A stretch of DNA of 20,532 nucleotides, taken from an uncultured Actinomycetes bacterium. Lineage in GTDB: Bacteria > Actinomycetota > Thermoleophilia > UBA2241. The position numbers were made by a program, and so were the translations under genes. Every line of letters begins with the position of its first letter. Positions within the stretch are counted from its first letter, which is position 1. The stretch lies in NCBI GenBank assembly GCA_963767005.1, contig CAVYCN010000001.1:1-20532 (forward strand), read 5' to 3'. Positions 9,040 through 16,257 of this stretch are shown piece after piece. Below the pieces are notes generated by a model. It did not search any database, was not told where the DNA came from, and worked only from the letters and a program-made list of their open reading frames with translations.

Positions 9040-9267
9040 CTAGACGAGCACGTTCTCGACGCGCGCGACGCCGGGCACCACGTTCTTGAGGTGACGCTCG
9101 ACCCCGTGCGTGAGGGTCATCTGCGACATCGGACAGCCCGCGCAATGGCCCATGAGCCGCACCTGCACGACGCCGTCGTCGGTCACGTCGACGAGCTCGA
9201 TGTCGCCACCGTCGGCCTGGAGGGCCGGGCGGATGTCGAGCAATGCCTTCTCGACCTCTTCCTTCAT
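9040..9267 (-). CDS. NifU-C/Nfu-type Fe-S cluster carrier protein (75 aa)
   Basis: IRPALQADGGDIELV...GHCAGCPMSQMTL contains the CxxC motif. ATG at 9267 with SD GGAGGTG; this is the C-terminal part of track ORF 9040..10083. Confidence 0.93.
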   Translation of the reverse strand: MKEEVEKALLDIRPALQADGGDIELVDVTDDGVVQVRLMGHCAGCPMSQMTLTHGVERHLKNVVPGVARVENVLV

Positions 9268-9272
9268 GTGAT

Positions 9273-9725
9273 TCACCTCCCCGCCTGCGTGGTGGCGACT
9301 GCCTGGTCGCCGGTGTCTGCGCCATGCCGGCAGGTGGCCAGCGCCTCGAAATCCATGCGCTCGAGCTCGGCGGACAGCACGTCCTCGATGCGCTGCCAGA
9401 ACGTATGGGTGCCGCAGGGCCCTGCGTCGCACGGCGCCGTGTGGCCGTCGCAGCGGTGCAGCTCGAGAGGTCCGTCGACTGCCTCGAAGACGTCGCGCAC
9501 CGAGACCTCGGCCCGCGGCCGCGCGAGCGACACGCCGCCGCCGGTGCCGCGCCACGAGTGCAGCAGGCCGGCGCGTACCAGGCTCTGGATGACCTTGGCC
9601 AGATAGCCTTCGGGCAGCCCCTGGGCGGCCGCGATCTCGCGGGTCTGGACGACCGCCCCCGGCTCGCGCAGAGCGAGCTCGTAGACGGCGCGAACGGCGT
9701 AGTCGGCTTGTGTCGAGAGCTTCAT
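9273..9725 (-). CDS. Rrf2-family transcriptional regulator (IscR/NsrR-like, three Cys)
   Basis: ADYAVRA, YLAKVIQSLVRAGL..S.RG.GGG..LAR and C-x6-C-x4-C-x2-H (CDGHTAPCDAGPCGTH) motifs. Confidence 0.92.
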   Translation of the reverse strand: MKLSTQADYAVRAVYELALREPGAVVQTREIAAAQGLPEGYLAKVIQSLVRAGLLHSWRGTGGGVSLARPRAEVSVRDVFEAVDGPLELHRCDGHTAPCDAGPCGTHTFWQRIEDVLSAELERMDFEALATCRHGADTGDQAVATTQAGR

Positions 9726-9731
9726 GGGCCC

Positions 9732-9760
9732 ATTGTGGACCAATCGGCCCTCTTTGTCCA
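9732..9760 (-). promoter_or_regulatory. promoter of the Rrf2-nfu operon (probably leaderless)
   Basis: Minus strand TGGACA, 17 bp, CACAAT, 6 nt, then ATG; no SD. Confidence 0.55.
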
Positions 9761-9783
9761 GTTACAGTCGCGCGAGTCGCGAG

Positions 9784-9878
9784 TGCGAGGGGGTGATGGG
9801 TGCGTGGGCGCTGGCAGAAAGTTGTAAGTGCCCACAAAACGCCAACGACACCCGACCCACCACCCTTCCACCCTCGCA
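9784..9878. repeat. long degenerate inverted repeat
   Basis: Nested pairings TGCGAGGG/CCCTCGCA, GGTGATGGGT/ACCCACCACC, TGGC/GCCA and TTGT/ACAA. Confidence 0.5.
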
Positions 9879-9909
9879 ACCCGGCCCTGTACCCGCCACC
9901 ATCCGGGTC

Positions 9910-10791
9910 ATGACCAGCAGCTTCATCGAACGCGGACTGGCCGAGCCGCTCGGCGACCCTCTGGTGGCCGGCCTCGAAGACGCCCTCACGCTGGCCACCT
10001 ACTCCTTCGCCCGGCCGCGCCGGCACGACGCGCTGCTGAGCGCACGCGGCGTGCCGGACTCGTGGGACGCCTGGCGCACCCAACCCGCCCTCTACGCCCT
10101 GCTCGATCGCATCGCCCGCGGCCGGGCCCGGCGACCCTCGAACCTGGCCGACCTCCTCGGGCTCTCACGCAGCACGGTCAGCCACGAGCTGCGGCGCCTC
10201 GAAGACCGCGGCCTCATCTACCGCCACGACTTCGCGGCGCCGCGCTGGCGCGGCAAGATCCGGCCGCTCTTCGCTCCCACCGTCCGGGGCTACAATGCCT
10301 TGCGCCAGCTGCGCGGTGTGCGGCGCAGCCTCGTCGCCCACGCGACGCGCGCGTGGCCGGACGCAGACAAGGTGGAACTCGCGCGTCTGCTCAGACGACT
10401 CGCTGCAGATTTCACGATGCCGCGGGGACCTGTCCCCCGCCAGACTTCACGACCCGCGCGACCGCGCCGGCCGGCGCCTTCCGACGACGACTGGTCGGCC
10501 TCTGACGACGACTGGGCTAAGAGAGACGGGCTGCGGACGACGACGGGGCGGGCTCAGACGACTCGGGGCCCTCAGACGACGACGATCTCGTCGGGCGCGC
10601 GCGTGAGGCACTCGGGGCTCTCACCGCCGACGACCCACGTGTTCTCGATGCCGATGGCGCCCAGACCCGGGAACACGAACTTGGGCTCGAGGGCGAACAC
10701 CATACCCTGCTCGAGGATCTGGTCGTTGGGCGACAGCACCGGCAGCTCGTCGAGCTCGAGCCCCACGCCGTGTCCCACAAACCGCACCTGA
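9910..10791 (+). CDS. MarR-like winged-helix regulator; 3' end uncertain (low-complexity tail overlaps the next gene)
   Basis: HTH RPSNLADLLGLSRSTVSHELRRLEDRGLI and a MarR-like C-terminal helix WPDADKVELARLLRRL. The recognisable domain ends near 10415. ATG 9910 lies 7 nt after a CACCAT -10-like element. Confidence 0.65.
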   Translation: MTSSFIERGLAEPLGDPLVAGLEDALTLATYSFARPRRHDALLSARGVPDSWDAWRTQPALYALLDRIARGRARRPSNLADLLGLSRSTVSHELRRLEDRGLIYRHDFAAPRWRGKIRPLFAPTVRGYNALRQLRGVRRSLVAHATRAWPDADKVELARLLRRLAADFTMPRGPVPRQTSRPARPRRPAPSDDDWSASDDDWAKRDGLRTTTGRAQTTRGPQTTTISSGARVRHSGLSPPTTHVFSMPMAPRPGNTNLGSRANTIPCSRIWSLGDSTGSSSSSSPTPCPTNRT

Positions 10792-11879
10792 GTCGGACCG
10801 TAGCCCATGAAGTGCGCCTCGAGCCCCTCGTTGCGGGCGACGGCGAGCGCGGCCTCGTACACGTCGCGGCAGGGCGTACCGCGGCGGGCGCAGGCGGCGG
10901 CCGCCGCCTGCGCCCGCCGCGCGCACTCGTACGCGCTCGTGAGCCGCCCCGGCAGCTCGCCGATCGAGAACATTCGGGTGAAGTCGGCCGTGTAGCCGTC
11001 GACCACCGGCACGAAGTCGAAGACGATGGGCTCGCCGCGACCGATCTCGCGGAAGCTCACCCCCTGCGCGACGGCCGGGCTCAGGCCCAGGCCGGCGAGC
11101 GGCGTGTCGAGATACGACGGCACCGCACCGCTCACCCCGGTCAGCAGCTGCCCGTAGAACATCTCGCCGTTGAAGGCACGCATGCGGATCACGCCCTGGT
11201 GGCCCAGGGCGCGCGCCTCGGCCTCGACCCGGCCGGCGAAGGCCGCCTCGGTCAGGCCCGCCTGCAGCAGTGCCGGGATGCGCGTGAACACCTCATCGGC
11301 CAGCGCTGCCGCCGTACGGATGCGCTCGACCTCCCAGGCCGACTTGACGGCGCGCCGACGCACAAGGGCGCCGCCGACGTCGACGAAGCGCGACCGCGGG
11401 AACTGGCCCTCGTACCGGCGGAACTGGGCGACCGGCAGCACGTCGAGCTCCATGCCGACGACCTCGGGCTCGACCCCGCAAGCCTCGGTCACGAGCTCCC
11501 CCAGGCGGCGCACGGTGGGCAGCTCCTCGATCCGCAACGGCGACTCCGCGCGGGCCCGCGCGACCGTCTTGCGGGTGAGCAGCACGGCCTCGCCGTCGAC
11601 CGGCACGACGAGGTGCGACTGCTGGACTGTGCCGGTCAGGTAGTAGAGATCGGCGTTCTGCACGACGATGGCGACGTCGATCCCCTCGGTGCGCAACGTC
11701 TCGCGAAAGGCGGCCAGCCGCTGCTCGACCTCGTCGCCCGGAACGGTCACCGCGCGCGGTTCGACGAGGCCGGCGGCCACGGGACCGGCGAGCGATGCCG
11801 CGGGCCGAGTGACGGGCGGGGCGGCGGGCGAAGTGACGGGCGGGGCGGCTTCGCGCGAGCCTCTGGGCGGATCGCTCAC
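10572..11879 (-). CDS. M24B Xaa-Pro peptidase family protein (creatinase-N + M24 domain)
   Basis: DLYYLTG, VKSAWE and metal ligands in FDF, ADFTR, GHGVG, LEPK and GIEN. The start is set by a GTGA overlap with the rhomboid stop; a later GTG start is possible. Confidence 0.9.
   Translation of the reverse strand: MSDPPRGSREAAPPVTSPAAPPVTRPAASLAGPVAAGLVEPRAVTVPGDEVEQRLAAFRETLRTEGIDVAIVVQNADLYYLTGTVQQSHLVVPVDGEAVLLTRKTVARARAESPLRIEELPTVRRLGELVTEACGVEPEVVGMELDVLPVAQFRRYEGQFPRSRFVDVGGALVRRRAVKSAWEVERIRTAAALADEVFTRIPALLQAGLTEAAFAGRVEAEARALGHQGVIRMRAFNGEMFYGQLLTGVSGAVPSYLDTPLAGLGLSPAVAQGVSFREIGRGEPIVFDFVPVVDGYTADFTRMFSIGELPGRLTSAYECARRAQAAAAACARRGTPCRDVYEAALAVARNEGLEAHFMGYGPTQVRFVGHGVGLELDELPVLSPNDQILEQGMVFALEPKFVFPGLGAIGIENTWVVGGESPECLTRAPDEIVVV
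11808..11849. repeat. 18-nt direct repeat, two copies, period 24
   Basis: AGTGACGGGCGGGGCGGC at 11808-11825 and 11832-11849, encoding AAPPVT twice in the peptidase N-terminal extension. Confidence 0.8.
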
Positions 11880-12919
11880 GGCCAGGGGATGGAGGCCGCG
11901 AGCAGGCCCGCGTGCACCTTCCACACGGTGAGCGCGACCAGCACGAGGACGATGGCGAGGGTGGCGACCGTGTCGCCGACCGTGAACCGGCCCCCGGGGT
12001 GCTTGCGCCCGAGGAGCGTCAGAAACGCTACCAGGACGACGCCCGTGACGAAGCCGCCCAGGTGGCCCTGCCACGACAGGCTGCCGCCGCCCTGCGAGCG
12101 CGCCGAGGACACGTTGATGACGAGGTTGAGGACGAACCAGAAGACGAGCTGGCCGAAGATCGCCCGCGCCATGTAGTCGCGGTGGCGGTTGAGATACGCA
12201 TACGCCATGAGGCCGCCGAACACGCCGGCGATGGCTCCCGAAGCACCGACCGTCGGCACCCCGGCCGACAGCAGTCCTCCGGTCGCGAACAGCAGCACGA
12301 ACACCGACCCCGCGAAACCCGTCACGAAGTAGAGCGCGAGGAACTTGGCGCGACCCAGCAGGTTCTCGGTGAACTCGCCGAGGAACCAGAGGGCGAGCAT
12401 GTTGAAGAAGATGTGTGCCAGGTCGAGGTGCAGGAACATCATGGTGAACATGCGCCAGTACTGATGATCGACGATGACGCTGTACGGCGTCATCGCCCCC
12501 ATGCTGAACAGCGTGTTGCTGTTGCCGGAGCCGAAGATCGACAGGCTGCCCGCCCCGAGCGCGACTTCGACCAGGAACACGAGCACGTTGACGACGATCA
12601 GCGCCTTCGTGACGCTGATGCCGGCACTGCCGCCGTACACCGCGCCGCGGCCCCTGCTGCGATCCCAGCGGCTGCGCGTCTGCTGGCGGGTGACGACCCG
12701 CGGGCGGCCGCCGCCGGCGACGCTACGGCGCTGGTCGGCCATGCACTGCGGGCAGCGAAAGCCGACGGGCGCCGGCGTCATGCACTCGTGGCAGATCGGC
12801 CGGCCGCAGTTCGAGCAGTGCACGCCGGTCTCGCGGTCGGGGTGGCGATAGCAGTGCTCGACGTCGAGATCGTCGGGCATGTGGAGCTCGAAATCCTCGA
12901 TGGGTGGCGTGGTGCTCAT
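11876..12919 (-). CDS. rhomboid intramembrane serine protease with N-terminal B-box-type zinc finger
   Basis: CYRHP...CSNCGRPICHECM...CPQC, WR, FLH...HIFFNM, catalytic GASG and GHLGG motifs. ATGA overlap with the thioesterase stop. Confidence 0.93.
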   Translation of the reverse strand: MSTTPPIEDFELHMPDDLDVEHCYRHPDRETGVHCSNCGRPICHECMTPAPVGFRCPQCMADQRRSVAGGGRPRVVTRQQTRSRWDRSRGRGAVYGGSAGISVTKALIVVNVLVFLVEVALGAGSLSIFGSGNSNTLFSMGAMTPYSVIVDHQYWRMFTMMFLHLDLAHIFFNMLALWFLGEFTENLLGRAKFLALYFVTGFAGSVFVLLFATGGLLSAGVPTVGASGAIAGVFGGLMAYAYLNRHRDYMARAIFGQLVFWFVLNLVINVSSARSQGGGSLSWQGHLGGFVTGVVLVAFLTLLGRKHPGGRFTVGDTVATLAIVLVLVALTVWKVHAGLLAASIPWP

Positions 12920-13392
12920 GAATGCGGCCGCCACTCTTGTGCCCGCGCCACGAGGTCGGCAATCCAGCCTTCGATGCGCACCGGCCGCATCGTGTCGCGC
13001 GCGACGACCGCGTGGCGTGTGGCGCCGCTTGCGATCAGCTCGGCGTCGCCGAGCGGCGCGTCGAGCGGCGTCGCGCCGTCGCCGACGCGCCGGACCTCGT
13101 AGCGAAAGCCGAACGAGGCGCGGCCGACGTGCTCGGTCCACATGGCGACGTCGAGCAGATCGTCGACGTGGGCGGGGCAGTGATAGGCGCAGGTCGCGCT
13201 CACCGCGGGCAGCACGACGCCGCGCTCCTCGACGGCGACGATCGGCCTGCCCACCGCGCGCAGCGCCTCGACGCGCGCGACCTCGAAGTAGACGAGGTAG
13301 TTCGCGTAGTAGACGACGCCGGCGGCGTCGGTCTCCTCGTAGCGTACGCGGATGCGGGTGTGGAACGGCCCCCCGGCCGGCGGCTCATGCAT
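12916..13392 (-). CDS. acyl-CoA thioesterase, YbgC/FadM (4HBT hotdog) family
   Basis: RVRYEETDAAGVVYYANYLVYFEVAR motif. Start chosen at ATG 13392; alternative 13410. Confidence 0.9.
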   Translation of the reverse strand: MHEPPAGGPFHTRIRVRYEETDAAGVVYYANYLVYFEVARVEALRAVGRPIVAVEERGVVLPAVSATCAYHCPAHVDDLLDVAMWTEHVGRASFGFRYEVRRVGDGATPLDAPLGDAELIASGATRHAVVARDTMRPVRIEGWIADLVARAQEWRPHS

Positions 13393-13400
13393 GGTCGCGA

Positions 13401-13409
13401 AGTCTAGCA
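13401..13409 (-). promoter_or_regulatory. extended -10 promoter, probably leaderless, for the thioesterase operon
   Basis: Minus strand TG-C-TAGACT, 8 nt before ATG 13392; no SD. Confidence 0.5.
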
Positions 13410-13472
13410 TAGCGCTGCGCGGCCGGCCCGACGGCGCGGCGCGGGTGGGCCGCTGAGGCCGAGCCAAAGACG

Positions 13473-13508
13473 CGGACGGGGCGGCTCCTTGCGGAGCCGC
13501 CCCGTCCG
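13473..13508 (-). terminator. intrinsic terminator after the aminotransferase gene
   Basis: 16-bp perfect stem CGGACGGGGCGGCTCC/GGAGCCGCCCCGTCCG with a GCAA loop, followed by CGTCTTT on the minus strand. Confidence 0.8.
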
Positions 13509-13535
13509 AGCGCTTGCGTGTGCCTGAAGGGTGTC

Positions 13536-14810
13536 TCAGAAGACCGTCTTGGCGACGTCGGTGAACACGCTGAAGGCGGCGTCCATGTCGCTGTCGGTGA
13601 CCATGAGCGGCGGCAGGAAGCGCACGCAGTTGCCCATGCTGCCGGCGCCCATGAGGATGGTGTTGCGCTTGGCGGCCTCGGCGACGAACGCCTTGGCCGG
13701 GCCGGCGTCGGGCTCGCGAGTGCCCGGCTTGACGATCTCGATCGCCTGCATGACGCCCTTGCCGCGGATGTCGCCGATCTGCGGGTAGGTCTTCTGCAGG
13801 TCGCGGAAGAAGGCCTGCAGCTTGTCGCCCTGACGGGCGGCGTTGGCGAGCATGCCCTCCTCTTCGATCACCTGGAACGTGGCGAGGGCCGCGGCGCAGG
13901 CGACGATGTTGCCGCCGAAGGTGCCGCCCATGGAGCCCGGCGTGACCTTGTCCCAGATCTCCTTGCGGCTGACGATGGCGGCGAGCGGCAGACCGCTGGC
14001 GATGCCCTTGGCGATCGTCACGATGTCGGCGGTCACGCCGTAGTGCTCGTGGCAGAACCACTTGCCGGTGCGACCCATGCCGGCCTGGATCTCGTCGATC
14101 ACGAGGTAGGCGCCGATCTCGTCGCAGATCTTGCGGAGCTCCTGCATGAACTCGGGCGTCGGCACGACGAAGCCGCCCTCGCCCTGCAGCGGCTCGACCA
14201 CGATGCAGGCCACGTCCTCACCGTAGATCTCGGCGCGCAGGATGCGGCGCAGGTCGTCGATCGCGTAGGCGGTCGGGTCGGTGCCGGCCGGCGTGTGGTA
14301 CGGGTCGCAGTAGCGCGCGTGGAACACGCACGGCACGAGCGGCTGCATGTGGCCGCGATAGTGATTGATCGAGTCGGTCATCGCCATGGCCAGGTGCGTG
14401 CGGCCGTGGAAGGCGTTCTGGAAGGCGATGACGCCGGGGCGCCGCAGCGTGCCTTTGGCGAGCTTGACGGCGTTCTCGACGGCCTCGGCGCCCGAGTTGG
14501 CGAAGAGCACCTGGTCGAAGTTGCCCGGCACGACTTCGCAGAGCTTTTCGGCGAGGTCGAGCATGGGCTGGTGGTAGTACATGTTCATCTGCGCGTGCAG
14601 CATCTTGCCGGCCTGGTCCTGCACGGCCTTGACGACCTTGGGATGGGCGTGGCCCGTGTTGGCCACCGCGATGCCCATGCAGAAATCGAGCCACTTGCTG
14701 CCGTCGGTGCCGTAGACCCAGGCGCCCTCGGCGTGGTCCACGGTGATCGGGGACGTGTGTCCCACGAAGAACGGGACTCTGGACTTCTTGTCTTCAGCGA
14801 CCACCGTCAT
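13536..14810 (-). CDS. gabT: class III PLP-dependent aminotransferase (4-aminobutyrate/5-aminovalerate transaminase-like)
   Basis: NSGAEAVENAVK, AFHGRT, EPLQGEGG, IDEIQAGMGRTG, AKG (PLP Lys) and GGTFGGN motifs. SD GGAGG supports ATG 14810. Substrate not established. Confidence 0.88.
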   Translation of the reverse strand: MTVVAEDKKSRVPFFVGHTSPITVDHAEGAWVYGTDGSKWLDFCMGIAVANTGHAHPKVVKAVQDQAGKMLHAQMNMYYHQPMLDLAEKLCEVVPGNFDQVLFANSGAEAVENAVKLAKGTLRRPGVIAFQNAFHGRTHLAMAMTDSINHYRGHMQPLVPCVFHARYCDPYHTPAGTDPTAYAIDDLRRILRAEIYGEDVACIVVEPLQGEGGFVVPTPEFMQELRKICDEIGAYLVIDEIQAGMGRTGKWFCHEHYGVTADIVTIAKGIASGLPLAAIVSRKEIWDKVTPGSMGGTFGGNIVACAAALATFQVIEEEGMLANAARQGDKLQAFFRDLQKTYPQIGDIRGKGVMQAIEIVKPGTREPDAGPAKAFVAEAAKRNTILMGAGSMGNCVRFLPPLMVTDSDMDAAFSVFTDVAKTVF

Positions 14811-15064
14811 GAGAACCTCCACACCTGGATCGCTCCGTCGGTTTGGCCAAACCGGAGAGCCTTGCTAGCCTGATGGACAGCATCCCGAGGGCAGGCGCCA
14901 CGGCGCCGTCACCCTCGTTCGGCCGCTATCTTACGCCCTCACCGCGGCCCGGGCAGCGCTCCGTCCGTGCCGCGCCGGGCGAAGCGCGTAGCGGCTGTTT
15001 GGACGCTCTGTCCAAGCGGCGCTCGCGGCCCTCCGGGAGCGCCGCCGACCGCCGGCCGCGCGGC

Positions 15065-15093
15065 TTGACAGCGCCGCGACCGCGAGATACGCT
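15065..15093 (+). promoter_or_regulatory. sigma70 promoter of the rex-hnd operon
   Basis: TTGACA (15065-15070), 17 bp, TACGCT (15088-15093). Confidence 0.85.
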
Positions 15094-15109
15094 GTGAATC
15101 GCTTCACAA
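15092..15109. promoter_or_regulatory. Rex operator (ROP box)
   Basis: CTGTGAA-TCGC-TTCACAA differs by one base from the consensus TTGTGAA-N4-TTCACAA. It overlaps the -10 and +1 region directly upstream of a rex gene. Confidence 0.9.
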
Positions 15110-15175
15110 CGTTACGTAACGCAACGACGTGACGGTGCGGCCGCCCATGAATGTCAGGGACGCCTGAGGGGAGCC

Positions 15176-16243
15176 ATGGTCTCGCGCAAGACGATCGCCC
15201 GCATGAGCCTGTACCGGCGGCTGCTCATCTCGCTGCGCGACGCCGGCACCAGCCACGTCTTCTCCCACCAGCTCGCCAAGCTCGCCGGCCTCACCGCCGC
15301 TCAGGTGCGCCGCGACTTCATGGCGATCGGCTACTCCGGCAGTCCCACGCGCGGCTACGAGGTCGGCAAGTGCATCGAGAGCATCGGCGGCTTTCTCGAC
15401 GGCCCGCGCCGCCAGGACGTCGCGCTCGTCGGCGCCGGCAAGCTGGGCCGCTCGATCCTCGCCCACTTCGCCGGGCGGCGCCCCAAGCTCGCCATCGTGG
15501 CCGCCTTCGACGACGACCCCGGCAAGACCGGCGAGCGCATCGAGGGCTGCCGCTGCTTTCCCGTCGACATCATGGAGTCGACCGTGCGCGACCTCGGCAT
15601 CCAGATCGCCATCGTGACGACGCCGCCGGCCGCCGCCCAGAGCGTTACAGACGCGCTCGTGCGCGCCGGCGTGCGCAGCATCGTGAGCTTCGCCGCCACG
15701 CCGCTCCAGGTGCCCGAGGGCGTCTCGGTGATCGACATGGACATCACCGCCGCCCTCGAGACCGCCGCCTACGTCGCCCGCGAGACTCCGGTCGCCACGG
15801 CTGAGACCGAGGCCGAAGCCGAACGGGCCACCGCGCCGCTCATGCAGCGGCTCGACACCCTGCTCGCCGGCGGCGAGGTGAAGATCGACGAGCTCGCCCG
15901 CTGCGTCGGCGCCGAGATCTTGACGACCGACGCCTGCCCCGAGCGCGCCGTCGAGAAGATCTATGCCGGCGACCGCGTGAGCGACCTGCTGAACGAAGCC
16001 TCCGACCGCACCCTCCTGGTGACCAACCTCATGAGCCTGCAGATGATCCGCCTGGCCGAGCTCATGGACGTGCCCGGCATCTGCTTCGTGAATGGCGCCC
16101 GTCCCGAGCCCGAGATCGTCGCCAGGGCCGAGAGCACCGGCACGACGCTCATGGTCTCGCCGATCGGCGTGTTCGAGACCTGCGGTCTCATCTACCAGTC
16201 CCTGGCCGCGGTGCCGGCGGCCGCCTCGGCCGCGCACGACTGA
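15176..16243 (+). CDS. rex: redox-sensing repressor Rex fused to a C-terminal DRTGG domain
   Basis: Rex winged helix (RMSLY, SHQLA..AQVRRDF..G..RGY) and NAD(H)-binding domain (VGAGKLG, AAFD.DP.K.G). After a linker comes a DRTGG domain from aa 235 (VKIDELA...AGDRVSDLL...LLVTNL...AELMD..GICFVNG.RP...FETCGLIY). Confidence 0.9.
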   Translation: MVSRKTIARMSLYRRLLISLRDAGTSHVFSHQLAKLAGLTAAQVRRDFMAIGYSGSPTRGYEVGKCIESIGGFLDGPRRQDVALVGAGKLGRSILAHFAGRRPKLAIVAAFDDDPGKTGERIEGCRCFPVDIMESTVRDLGIQIAIVTTPPAAAQSVTDALVRAGVRSIVSFAATPLQVPEGVSVIDMDITAALETAAYVARETPVATAETEAEAERATAPLMQRLDTLLAGGEVKIDELARCVGAEILTTDACPERAVEKIYAGDRVSDLLNEASDRTLLVTNLMSLQMIRLAELMDVPGICFVNGARPEPEIVARAESTGTTLMVSPIGVFETCGLIYQSLAAVPAAASAAHD

Positions 16244-16257
16244 GGGCGAGCGGGCGC

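Noticed and set aside
9040-10083. 347-aa NifU fusion from the ORF track (likewise the long versions 16092..18158, 12916..14061, 11876..13141, 18647..19501 and 19318..20028)
   Set aside because: The upstream parts overlap real genes in other frames. Internal starts with an SD or a stop-start overlap define the true short CDSs.
10480-10590. CRISPR-like array
   Set aside because: The units are short, degenerate and irregularly spaced, and no cas genes are present.
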